From NCBI GenBank assembly GCA_030141605.1, contig JAQGDQ010000186.1:124001-188000 (forward strand): a DNA stretch of 64,000 nt, read 5' to 3'. This DNA comes from Tubiluchus corallicola. Lineage: Eukaryota > Animalia > Priapulida. Positions 1 to 10,430 of the stretch are shown in pieces; position 1 is the stretch's first letter, and every line of letters begins with the position of its first letter. The translations under genes and the position numbers were made by a program. Below the pieces are notes generated by a model. That model did not search any database. It was not told the origin of the DNA and saw nothing but the letters and a program-made list of their open reading frames with translations.

Positions 1-638
1 TACTAAAATACTTTTGGCTAGGGCATCAAATTTATATTTCAGAATATATTCCCCATATCTGTTTGTGAGTCGATTTTGCAATACTGCAACAGTCCATCAG
101 CGAGAATATAACAGGACAGCCTAATTGGCCATTGTGAGGTGGACAGCATTGGTTGATTGGTGTTTGTCAATTTATGTCTATGATTTAAACTAACTTAAGT
201 ATGGAAAAATTTAACTGAAATTAATAAAATAAGAGTAATATGATTAAATATACAATTCAGTAGCCTAAAATGTGTAAATGTAAAATTAACTTATGTGCAC
301 ATTTTAGTTATGTCTCAAAGTGAGTAAGGTACAGGCATCATAAAATTCCTCATGTTTTTCGCTACACAGATTTGGTTAGCAAAAGAATTGATTCCTTCAA
401 AAAGCATTCCCTAGTCACCACCCCACTTTTATTAAGAAGAAAAACAACTTCGTTTATCTATTTCCAACATGTGGAATGTTAAACAAAAATAACCATTTTG
501 TTTTATACAAGTCCAGCACTCATGACATGCACACAAAGGTACTGATTACCATGTTATAATTATGCAAACTGAGCGATAATGACTTACAAACAGTTTTAAA
601 TAAGAATTAGGCAGCATACTAGCTTTTAAAACTGATAC

Positions 639-3600
639 CATAGACAGTAGTTCCTTCCATGTGAGAAATTAGCTCATAACCAGCTTTGATGTTGCCTATT
701 TGATCGTGACCACCAATCTGTAAAAATACAATTACTGAATTTAAATTTGCTTACTTTAGAAGTCAACATTAATTGCATCAACATGTTAAATTACTTGTTA
801 AGTCAAATATCATTCTTTATGACAAGACCAAATAACAGAAGCTAATTCAAGTATGCAACTCAGCACAAGCACGTCTTGCAATGAAAACGGTTAAGTTATT
901 AAAATTAGTTGTTCACAGTAGCAAAATACTCACTTGAATAAGACATTTGTGCAGCCTGTAGAGATGTAACCAATCATAAGCTTGAAAAACTTGATAAGAA
1001 AATTCTTTAAAGCTCATTCCTTCAGGGCTCTGTAGTCTTGATTTCACGCTAAAATGTAGCAAATATTGAAGTAATATTATCTTCTATTAGCTTATAATAC
1101 TAGATTAGATGGCTGCAGTACTATACTTTGCCATGCCGATCACAGGAATCAGTGTTAAGTAATCTGTGAACAATGACAAGCTAGTTATCATGAGCATTGG
1201 GAGTTGCATTAATTGCCACACTATCATTTAGTGTCAAGTCTTCAATCAGAGTTTTAGCTCATGAAGAATATTAAGATTTTTTAATAATGAAAATCTGAAT
1301 GAGTTACAATGAATCTTACACGGTACACTAACTCACTAAAAGGCTTTTGTATCCTCTACATAAATGTGTTACCTGCTCAAGGCCTTATGCTTTGTCAGTT
1401 CTCCGCATAAGATATGACGGGAGACTGACCACTTTAGTTTCGTTAGATAATTGTTTCTATCAATTTCTGAATCAGAATAATTGTTATGAACATATTTATC
1501 TTTATATTTGGATTAGCTTCATATTAGCTTAACCACTGTCTTAATATATTGTCAGAGTTTATTTGGGCTTTATTTAAAGGAAAACCCAACCTTGAACAAC
1601 ATTCATTGTACAGTAGAATTCGCTTAATAAATCCATCTTAATGTGAAGTTAAGCCAAATGGATTTACTAAATGGCTGGATTTATAAATCGAAGAGATTTA
1701 TTAAATAGTGATTTCTATGTTAATACAGTGCGCATTATGAAACCAAGACTTTTAACACTCAGTAAATTGCTTGTGAAAGTTTTTAAATAAAGCGCATAAT
1801 AATAATAAATAATTTTTAATTTATTAGCATTCATATGGTTATAGTAACTAGCATAAAATAAATATTGTTTATCTATGATTATCTATGATTATCAGTGTAT
1901 TACCTTTTATACATACGTGATAAACTGCTTACCAAGTAAAAAAATACAATACATGTAATATCAGCGATGATTCAGTTTTCATTTATTTAGGTGAAAAGCA
2001 TTCTCATGCGCATTTATCAGTTAGAATTGGCATTTCAGTTAAAACTAATTACTTATGCAAAACGAGCATGTCATTATATAGCATACAGATAAATTTAAAG
2101 CGAACCCTGTTCAGTGTGGTCTGTTTTAGTGGGTATGCTTTCTCGAAGATGCAACTGAAACATGCTGCTTGCTTGAGTTTGATAGAATAGTCATTCTTCT
2201 GCAGTTCATTGTGCAGTGTTTCCAGCAGCTAATACAGTAATTCTTGCTTCATCGTTGTCGTCACCACAGTCATGCAAAGTTGTACAAAGTGCTTAAAACA
2301 AAGATGCTGATCTAGCTCAAGTTAAAACGCCGGACAATTGTGTGGTCTTATGTACAATTTTGTTGTCTTTACAGCGTACGACGTGATTTTATAAAGCGAA
2401 GCTGGGGTTTAACAAACAGCGGATTTTACTAGGTGGACTTAGGTTACTATACAGTTCCATTCCAGCCATAGTGGAGACACTAAGCTGCTGGATTTATTAT
2501 CTGTGGATTTATTAAGCGGATTCTACTGTATTTTAATATACACTTAAAAATAATGAAATTATCACATAATATATGCGCATAAAATCCCCTGCTTAAAAAT
2601 GCAAAAGAAACTTGAATCATTCTTATCTATCGCCAAACGAACCTCACTGTGGGCATATTTGAAAGAAAAAATGACGTAAGATGATGGACAGCACGAAGGT
2701 AACATATCGAAACTTCTGCAGTTCACTCAGAAACTCTGTTTTTCTAACTGATTAAATCCTTGTGTTTCACTGTGTTTTTGTAAAAATTAGTCACCAGATC
2801 AATTAGCAACACCTTTTTTAACGTGCTTATATAATTACATAACTTTGATCCACACTCAAAATATGTATATACTACACATCATATACTACAGATAAGCATG
2901 GAATTCTGAGAGGCTGCAAGTATACAATAAGTACCGGTTGGTTTACTTAGCTTATACACTCAGTTTCGGCTTTTTAAAACAATTATTTTGTTACTTTGTC
3001 AGGATTAACTAGCAAAGTTGAAGACTATTAGGCTAAAGTTCAGAATTCCCCACACACAAGAAATTATTTCATGAAGCGGATTAGGGTTAGGGTTGGGATT
3101 AGAGTGAGGATTATGGATTAGGCTTAGGGTTAGCGTATTTAAAGTGTGTGGGGAATTGTAAACTATGTCCGATTATTATATTATCATCAGTAACTAATTT
3201 TCATTATGTATGGGCAATGGGATTCATCAAAAGGCAAAAAATACTGTTAGTAGTCTCTTGTTAAACTTTTTTGGATTGTCTGGTGTTCATAATACTGTAA
3301 ATCCTTGCTTAACGACTCATGTTGAGCGATGTTTCGTTTTAACGACGCTAAACATTTGACAGCTGTTTCTCACTTAATGACACGTTTCATTTTAATGATG
3401 ATGATTTTTTTACTTTACTTAAAGCCATTTTATCAACAGTATTTCTACCAAATCTGAAGCATTAAAACGATACATACTGAATTGTTCTGTTCTAAAATTT
3501 TTATGTTTTTGCTTCAAGACTGACTACATACTAGCCATTTGTATAAAGCAAGATCTGTTTGTGATTTATACACCTCCAGGCACCTGGGTGTGAACATTAT

Positions 3601-6600
3601 GGGACAAATTTTGCCTGCAACCTGTTGCTATAGCAACGAGTATCTAGATGAAATTGTCTCAAGGCCTACCTGGGGTTTGGCTTTTATTATGTAGTGTTCA
3701 ACTGCTAACTGTGTAGCTAGGGCTTCAAAGTTCACGAAAGAAAAACTGCTAGCTAGGATTTGGTAAGGGAGGTAGGTGGTTTCAAGCAAGTAGAAAGAAA
3801 TTAACCAGTAGAAATATGAATAAAACTCATAAAATGCTTAATTAATATTAATTAAGTAGCACTGAATTTTGCTTTTGGTCACTGTTTCGTTTAACAAAGT
3901 TTCGCTTAACATGAAGTTTTGCTGGACTGCATTACGGTCATTAAGTGAGGACTCACTGTAGTTTCAAAAAAGTTAACGGAAGCACATGGCGGGACAAGTG
4001 TTTATATTGCATGGCAACTAGATCATGCCATTTTTTGTCCAAAATGACAGCACCCAAGTGTGAAGGATCAGGTGTTTATTACTTTTTTACAGATGCAGCA
4101 TTTTTCTCAAACATTAAAATAAACTCAACTGAGATACTTGGCCTTTCATTTAAGTATCAATCATAAAACGAAAAGCTTGCATCTTTTGCACCTATAAACA
4201 TCTGTTATTCGTTATTTGCTTGCAGAAAACAATTTAAAACAATAAGAACCTATTTTTGATTATGCTAAGTGTTATACAGCAGATGTCTGTTTTTGCCACA
4301 CATTAATAAAATAGCAACCATAAAATCGACTATGCTTGCGCTTTACATTAAAAGCAGAAAATGTATTGCGATCACTTTATGTGTACACCTGACAACATTT
4401 ACTGACAAACAAGCATACAAAGTAATAATCTACATTTATGTTGTAATCTTACCTCTGCTTATGAAGCATTTGACCCATTCTAAAATGAGATCCAATTGAA
4501 CTTAAAAAATCGACTAATTTCAGATCATCATACCATTCTATGTTGTTAAAAATTCTGAAATTGACAGAAAAAACGTGAAAGGGAAATCAAGCATGCAATG
4601 CATTAATTCAATGGTTATGTACATCACAAATTTACGTCAAAATGCAGACATTGCACAAACACTATGAGGGGATATGCCTAATCTCCTAAGCAGTTAAATT
4701 TGTTTAGGCACCCAACATTTTCCGTTTTAAAATTGTCAAACATGTAAAATTCTCTTTGCACTCTAATACTTGGACAAAATTTTTATTGTTTGTTATTATT
4801 TAGAACGGTAAAGCATCACGTGTGCAGCACTATGCACTATAGTTATGATGAGCAGTTATAAGACAAACAAGAAAAATTTTCATAATCAAACCATTCAACA
4901 ACGACTCATTCATTCAGATCATTCGTTTGTTTTTTTCAAACTGATATATCACATCTAAATTACCTCGCAGGATGAAAATTAGTTTTGTCATTCCAGAAAA
5001 ATCGCTCATGGTTTGTAAAGATTCTTTCTAAACATGATCTTAGTGCCGTGGAATTGGAATCTATAATATTAGCATTTATAGGCTGCCGCTCCTTTGTATG
5101 TCCACTAGGATCACCAATTCGTGCAGTGGCTCCACCTATCTGAAGGTTAAATCGAGAAATTTAATAGAACAAAAACACATAAACATTTGTGGCTAGCTGA
5201 CATTTCTCATATAAAGAATAACATAATTGCCACTCATAATACCAACTGCTAATAAATGTCAATAATAAAACATACAAACCAATTACATCAGACACTAGAA
5301 AAACAGTATTATTTTTACCACAATTATAGGACTATGACCACTGCGCTGACAATGAAGCAATGCTATAATTGCTAGCAAATTTCCTATGTGAAGACTGTCC
5401 GCAGTTGGATCAAATCCACAATATATGCTCTGACCTCCAATGTGCAATGCATCTACCAAAGACTGCCTGCAAGTGTGAAATATGTTACAACAGCCCATTT
5501 TACAGCTAGCATGGAATTAATAAATGAAATTACACAGTAGGCGCCGCTTAATAGACTCGCGGTTAATAGACTCAATCGCGTAATTGACTCAAATAACTAC
5601 GTATAATTGACTCAATATTTTCCCTACACCTACTTAAAATAAGATATTTTATATGCCAAAAGAGCCTTTCCTACTTTTATGTCATCTTATCTTCCCTTTT
5701 GTGCACTATGTATGCAGAAACAATCACGTTAAGTACCTTTTTGTTCATAAGCAGGTACGATTATCATGCACTAATATGCTAGCGTAGCAGTTTTGCTTTG
5801 AATCAGTTACCCTCTTGCCCACTGTTACCCAAAGAATTTCTGGAAGTTAAACATTTAATCACTTGCTTAGCGGTTTCCTTTTGATGCTCTCGTTGCAGAT
5901 CACACTTTCATGCTTAATGACTTAATAGTTAAAGATGCAGGTACAGTAATCAGTCGGTGTTCCTTGTGACTTACAAGAGTAAACATCGTACAGCAAATAC
6001 GGGCAATATAAATGAGCAGACAATTCAGAACTGTTTTAGTAACACACAACAACAGATTTTCAATGTTTTTATAATTACAAGAACTTTGTGGACCAACTTT
6101 TTCATGAGAAAATGAAGTAGCCGACTTCGAAGCAATTTTTGTAATTTTTGCAAATAACCAGATTTAGAAGAGTTTGTGATTTAGAAATGTTTACTTTTTA
6201 ATGTATTGCTAATTCACTTATATAAATTAAAATGTTAAAATATTTTTTCTAATTTTTAACTGCACAAAGAAATTTAGGCTTCAATCGTTTCTAAAATTCA
6301 TTAAAAACCTTTGCAGTGCATAGTAAGCTGATGACTCATACTTCTATACCTGTAATACTATGCCCATCGGTTAATATTCTCAGTCAGTTAATTAAATCAA
6401 AACACATCGATCCCAAAGTGAGCCTATTAAGCGGCGCCTACTGTAGTTAGCCAAGGCTGAATGTTTTTTTGCAGATGTGAAACTGTAATAACTGTAATAA
6501 TCTTATTTTATATGATTTAATCCTAAAATCTCATCTCTTATATTCTGCTTAATTAATATTCTTAGTTAATATTTTTGTGATTTTTTAAGAAGTGCTGCTT

Positions 6601-6890
6601 ACTGGTCAGATTATTAAAATATGTCTATTCGTGTCATTTTTAATTAAACACACAAAATTCCTTAATAAATTTGCTATCTATTGGCCAGTTAAAAGAAACA
6701 AGATTTCAAGAATGATGTGTCGTAAAACAAAAATAATTATTAGTGCACTACATACATACCGTACTTCTGGAAAAACGTCTTGGAAAATTCCTCTTTCATT
6801 CAATTCCAATATATTTCTCTTGGAGTACAACCGCACAGTACAACTTAGCCTTGACCATATATTCATTCGCAAAACACGCCTACGTTTCAT
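639..6890 (-). CDS. YARS2: Mitochondrial tyrosyl-tRNA synthetase, 5' part (6 coding exons; gene continues beyond the left edge)
   Basis: GT-AG exons in consistent phase: 6890-6760, 5466-5319, 5139-4964, 4554-4453, 1048-934, 717-639. Arg-rich N-terminus ([17 protein letters not shown]) resembles a mitochondrial presequence. TyrRS motifs: [15 protein letters not shown] (HIGH-type), [47 protein letters not shown]. The KMSKS-equivalent exon was not found in the window. Confidence 0.95.
1611..2528. mobile_element. pogo/Tigger-like (Tc1/mariner superfamily) MITE, family A
   Basis: 24-bp terminal inverted repeats (TIRs) CAGTAGAATTCGCTTAATAAATCC / GGATTTATTAAGCGGATTCTACTG (1 mismatch), TA on both sides, no long ORF. 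Lies in YARS2 intron 4. Confidence 0.9.
3031..3170. mobile_element. 140-bp inverted-repeat element with an internal degenerate (TTAGGG)n tract
   Basis: 27-bp TIRs (22/27 identical, core AATTCCCCACACAC), GG...CC ends, flanks GACTATTA/GATTATTA (7/8). Core reads ttagggttagggttgggattagag...ggcttagggttag. Confidence 0.8.
3295..3958. mobile_element. Degenerate Tigger-like MITE, family C
   Basis: TA-flanked. Left end CTGTAAATCCTTGCTTAACGAC versus right-end reverse complement CAGTGAGTCCTCACTTAATGAC. Subterminal gtttcgtttt/aac repeats. A related fragment lies at about 28828-28945. Confidence 0.7.
5535..6443. mobile_element. pogo/Tigger-like MITE, family B
   Basis: 24-bp TIRs CAGTAGGCGCCGCTTAATAG(A/G)CTC (23/24). 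Right flank TA, left flank CA. Lies in YARS2 intron 1. An inverted second copy is at 34073-34906. Confidence 0.9.
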
Positions 6891-7409
6891 TATAAAAATT
6901 ACAAATTGTGGTTGTTTGTTAACTAAAATAGTAATTTTGGATTACCTAGTATCTAGTAGTAATTATAGATACGGACGAACAACACATTCTAAGGCGTTTT
7001 CAAAATTTGTCATTTTCCTAGTACAATTTCATTTATTTTCGAACAACAGCCAATGTTGCAAAATTTTAATAACTACAAGAAGATCTCTAATTCAAAGAGG
7101 ATTCAGGACTCAGTCTGCTATTTCTATTTTTAATATAAAAGCAAACCTTGCATTTCCCACGGACGCGGTCATTTTGTTGTGTTCTGCCGTGAAAAACTTT
7201 AATCCTGTTAAGTGCACGATTTGCAGCGTTGTGTAGTGCGTACCGCGCACTACACCCGACATGATTCACAAGACCGAGCTGGTCGTCGCAAACAGTAGTT
7301 TACATTTTTTGCATAGCTGTGCTCAACAAAATAAAAGCAACAATCGTGATCAGCATAGAAAATCTGTCTTTCCATATAGCTGATCACACTTATCCTGCAA
7401 CAGATTCCT

Positions 7410-7850
7410 ATAAGACATATGAATAGACCACAATACACTGACGACATAGGCTGGATTAGTATTTCAAAATTTCGCACAAGCACCATTAAAAAAGAATGCA
7501 CTAATTTATTGAAAAAAGAAGTGTCGAAGTTAACAAAACGAAAACTGCAGAATAATAACTTTTCAAGGTATGGCAATCAATCCTGTTTCCAAAGTTTGAA
7601 AATACGTGATCACATACTACTTAAAAAAGGATGATATCAGAAATAGGAAGCATGCAGAAGGCAATGTATGGTCTTATCCAAAGTAAATTAATTCTAATCA
7701 GCAAGACGGAAACTATATAGTCCTCAAAACAAGACCTGCACTCTCTGTGTGTAACCAGTATCTTTATGTACAATAGTGAAATGTGGGGTTTGACTGTAAA
7801 GCAGGAAAATGAAATAGATGTGTTCATTCCACAAAGATCTACCAAGAAAA
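7410..7850 (+). mobile_element. Decayed non-LTR retrotransposon reverse-transcriptase fragment (RTE-like)
   Basis: QYTDDIGWI resembles the YADD catalytic motif. Downstream, in another frame, VTSIFMYNSEMWGLTVKQENEIDVF resembles the LYGxETW motif of RTE-type ORFs. Frameshifted. Confidence 0.6.
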
Positions 7851-8095
7851 ACTCTACCTATGTAACCAAATTTTCCTTGTGACCAAATCTGGTATGTGTC
7901 CAAGTCACATTTGTGCCCAAATGTCCTATGTGTTCAAATGTCCTGTATCCAAATGTCCTATGTGTTCAAATGTCCTAGGTGTCCAAATTACCTTGTGTCC
8001 AAAGAACCTTTGTGTCCATGTGACCTATTTGTCCAAATTACATATATGTATTTGGGTCCAAATGACTACTTATGTGTCAAAATTAATGTCTAAGT

Positions 8096-8967
8096 CAGTG
8101 GTTCCCAACCTTTTGTTGACGGTCACCCCTTTCTAGAATCCTGCAGCATATCATGACCACACGAAGAACATAATCACATGTTATACTATTAAACATCATT
8201 ATCGCTTGTATTTATTAATTTTAACTTACTATTCAACAAATTATTGAACAATGAGTGATTGTTTCATTAATTCATTAATGTGATAGTTGTGCCTGTTTCT
8301 CAGTGACCAGTATTACAATACTATAAGTATCCAAAGCGATCGGATGTAAAATGAATAGTGACACACTTTCGGGTAGTGTACACTGTACGCAAGTATCAGC
8401 ATGGAACAATGCACAATTTCATTTTCCTGGAAAATCAAACACTGGTATACCACATTTAGAGTAGGAAAACCCAGTTTTACTTTCCAGAACAAAATGATGT
8501 AATGAAAGACTGAAGAAACAAGACCTACTTACATACTTGTCATCAAAACAGCATTTTTCTAAAAATAGTTTTTGTACTAGCCCGTGACAGGGCCTATTTC
8601 AAGGGGGGAAAGTGGGGATACTTCCCCGGGGCCTCACCCTCCAGGGGGGCCTTGCGCCAAGGCAACATTTTTTTGCTTTATGCGAACATACTGCCTCCTC
8701 TCTCCCTCTCTCCCACATGCACGCCGTTTTATTATTAAGTATTAAGGACTGGTCTTAATAATAAAACCCTTCAATTGTTCTGTCCTTTAACAACTGTATA
8801 ACTCCATATTTTCTCTTCGAAAATGCTTCTCCAGCATTTTAGCAGTTCAAAAATTTTCTGGGCGCCCGCCCCGCCCCCGATGGGGCCTCGCACGCCCCAC
8901 TTCCCCAGGCCTCGCCTAGGCTGAAATAGGCCCTGCCCGCGACCGCACGAAAAGTTGGCAACCCATG
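8096..8967. mobile_element. hAT (Charlie-like) MITE
   Basis: Left TIR CAGTGGTTCCCAACCTTTT; right end reverse complement CATGGGTTGCCAACTTTT; 8-bp flanks GTCTAAGT/ATCTAAAT (6/8). Confidence 0.75.
8588..8935. mobile_element. GC-rich MITE nested in the hAT MITE
   Basis: Perfect 14-bp TIRs CAGGGCCTATTTCA/TGAAATAGGCCCTG. Flanks CCCGTGA/CCCGCGA. Internal repeated cttcccc(g/a)ggcctc motif. Confidence 0.88.
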
Positions 8968-10358
8968 ATCTAAATTAACTGTGTCCAAATTACTTATGTG
9001 TAGAAATGATCTTAGTGTCTAAATGGCTTATGGCGAAACGTTCTTTGTCGAAATGTCTGCACACCAATTACGGTAGTATAACAGTATAATCAAGGAAGAG
9101 GCTCAGTGTCCGATAGAAGTTTAGAGCAACAGAAGAAGAAGATCAACGCATAGGGTAACGATTTCTGTGAACAGATGACGGAAGAGTAGGATAAAAAACT
9201 ACCCAATAAAATTACTTTCAGTCGCGTGTACGACGTACGTATGTGTTCAAGGACTTTCCCTGAGTTTCAAATTCGATAAGTTTATATATCATGTTTAATT
9301 GGTGTAGCCAAAGAAAAATCTGTAATGCCTTAACAAAAATACATTATCAGCTGTTTAATACGTTAACTGGAAAGTTTGTACGATCCCATAAGAGGCAGGT
9401 ATCCATATTATTAGATAGCCAATGAGCTAATAAACAGCACGTCTTTTTGCTGAGGTGTTACAAATTTTGCTTTGGTTACACCAGTTAGCTTTTTAAACCT
9501 AACGTGCTTGTGTCGAATATAAATTAAGTAAAGTATAGGGATATGCCTGAATGGAAGTTTTTAAATGGCACGTAGCCATGCTAATAGTAATAGGCTAGAG
9601 AAGTATGTCTAGAGAACAAACAGTGCTATATATGCTCGGTGAGGTGCTACAAATTTAGCTGTGAAGTGATATTTATCAGATATCCAGAATCTGATGCGTA
9701 TCAAGCTGCATACAAAAATCAATACGAATATCTGCAGAAAAAAGAACTCAATAATGCAGCTCTTATAAATGAGTTCATTGAAAAGAATTTAAAGTGATCG
9801 TCATTTTTACACAATAACACGTTCCAGGTATCTAGTAAATGCCGTTTAAGAAGAAGAATGTTTAAATTTCGAATCTTCAGTAGTTTGGTTATCAAACCAA
9901 CTTGGTTCAATATTGAATGTCAGATATCAACTCACTTTAGATGGGTATCGGTGAGCCCCATCAATGTTATATCAAAAATTCAAAGCCTCATTTAGATTAA
10001 AATACTATGTACCATGGAATTAAATGCCACTGGCATTTGACAGAGGACCACTTACTGATAATTACCATCTCGATTGACACTTATTTTTTTAAATAAAGTA
10101 CTGGCACATTTTGCTATTATGCAATTATTTAGGCACGCTGATACGTATGCTGAAAAAATAGCCAGAATACCCAGAAAATCAAGCATAGTCTAGTAGTATT
10201 ATAACATTTTGGTAATACAATCAATATTTTTACAAATAAGTCAAAAACTTATTTGTTTAAGAAACTTTTAATCTTTAATAGTCTTGCCTATGCAGCCTGT
10301 AGTGTGATCACTTTTTTATTATATACCTTTTCTGATGGATCTATTATGTAGAACAAAC

Positions 10359-10379
10359 TTATTATTTTGATTATTATTG

Positions 10380-10418
<39 letters not shown>
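10359..10418. repeat. (ATT)n microsatellite
   Basis: Near-perfect ATT run just upstream of the acceptor of the first coding exon of MEIOB. It produces the spurious poly-Ile ORF 10367-10567. Confidence 0.95.
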
Positions 10419-10420
<2 letters not shown>

Positions 10421-10430
10421 AGAATTTTAG

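Larger units (their letters stand above)
7860..9065. repeat. Degenerate ~15-20-bp (GTGTCCAAATGTCCTAT-like) repeat array interrupted by the 8096-8967 insertion
   Basis: Many variants of tgtccaaat/gtgttcaaat at 7860-8095, resuming at about 8975-9065 and ending gtcgaaatgtctgcacacc. Probably a subterminal repeat array of a DNA transposon. Confidence 0.65.

Noticed and set aside
6592-7236. 214-aa plus-strand ORF
   Set aside because: It is antisense to YARS2 exon 1 and its promoter, starts at a non-ATG codon, has AT-rich composition and shows no recognisable motif.
7879-8136. Cys-rich ORFs resembling a repeat protein or CRISPR-like array
   Set aside because: They are translations of the degenerate short-repeat array. 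There are no identical repeats with unique spacers, and the context is eukaryotic.
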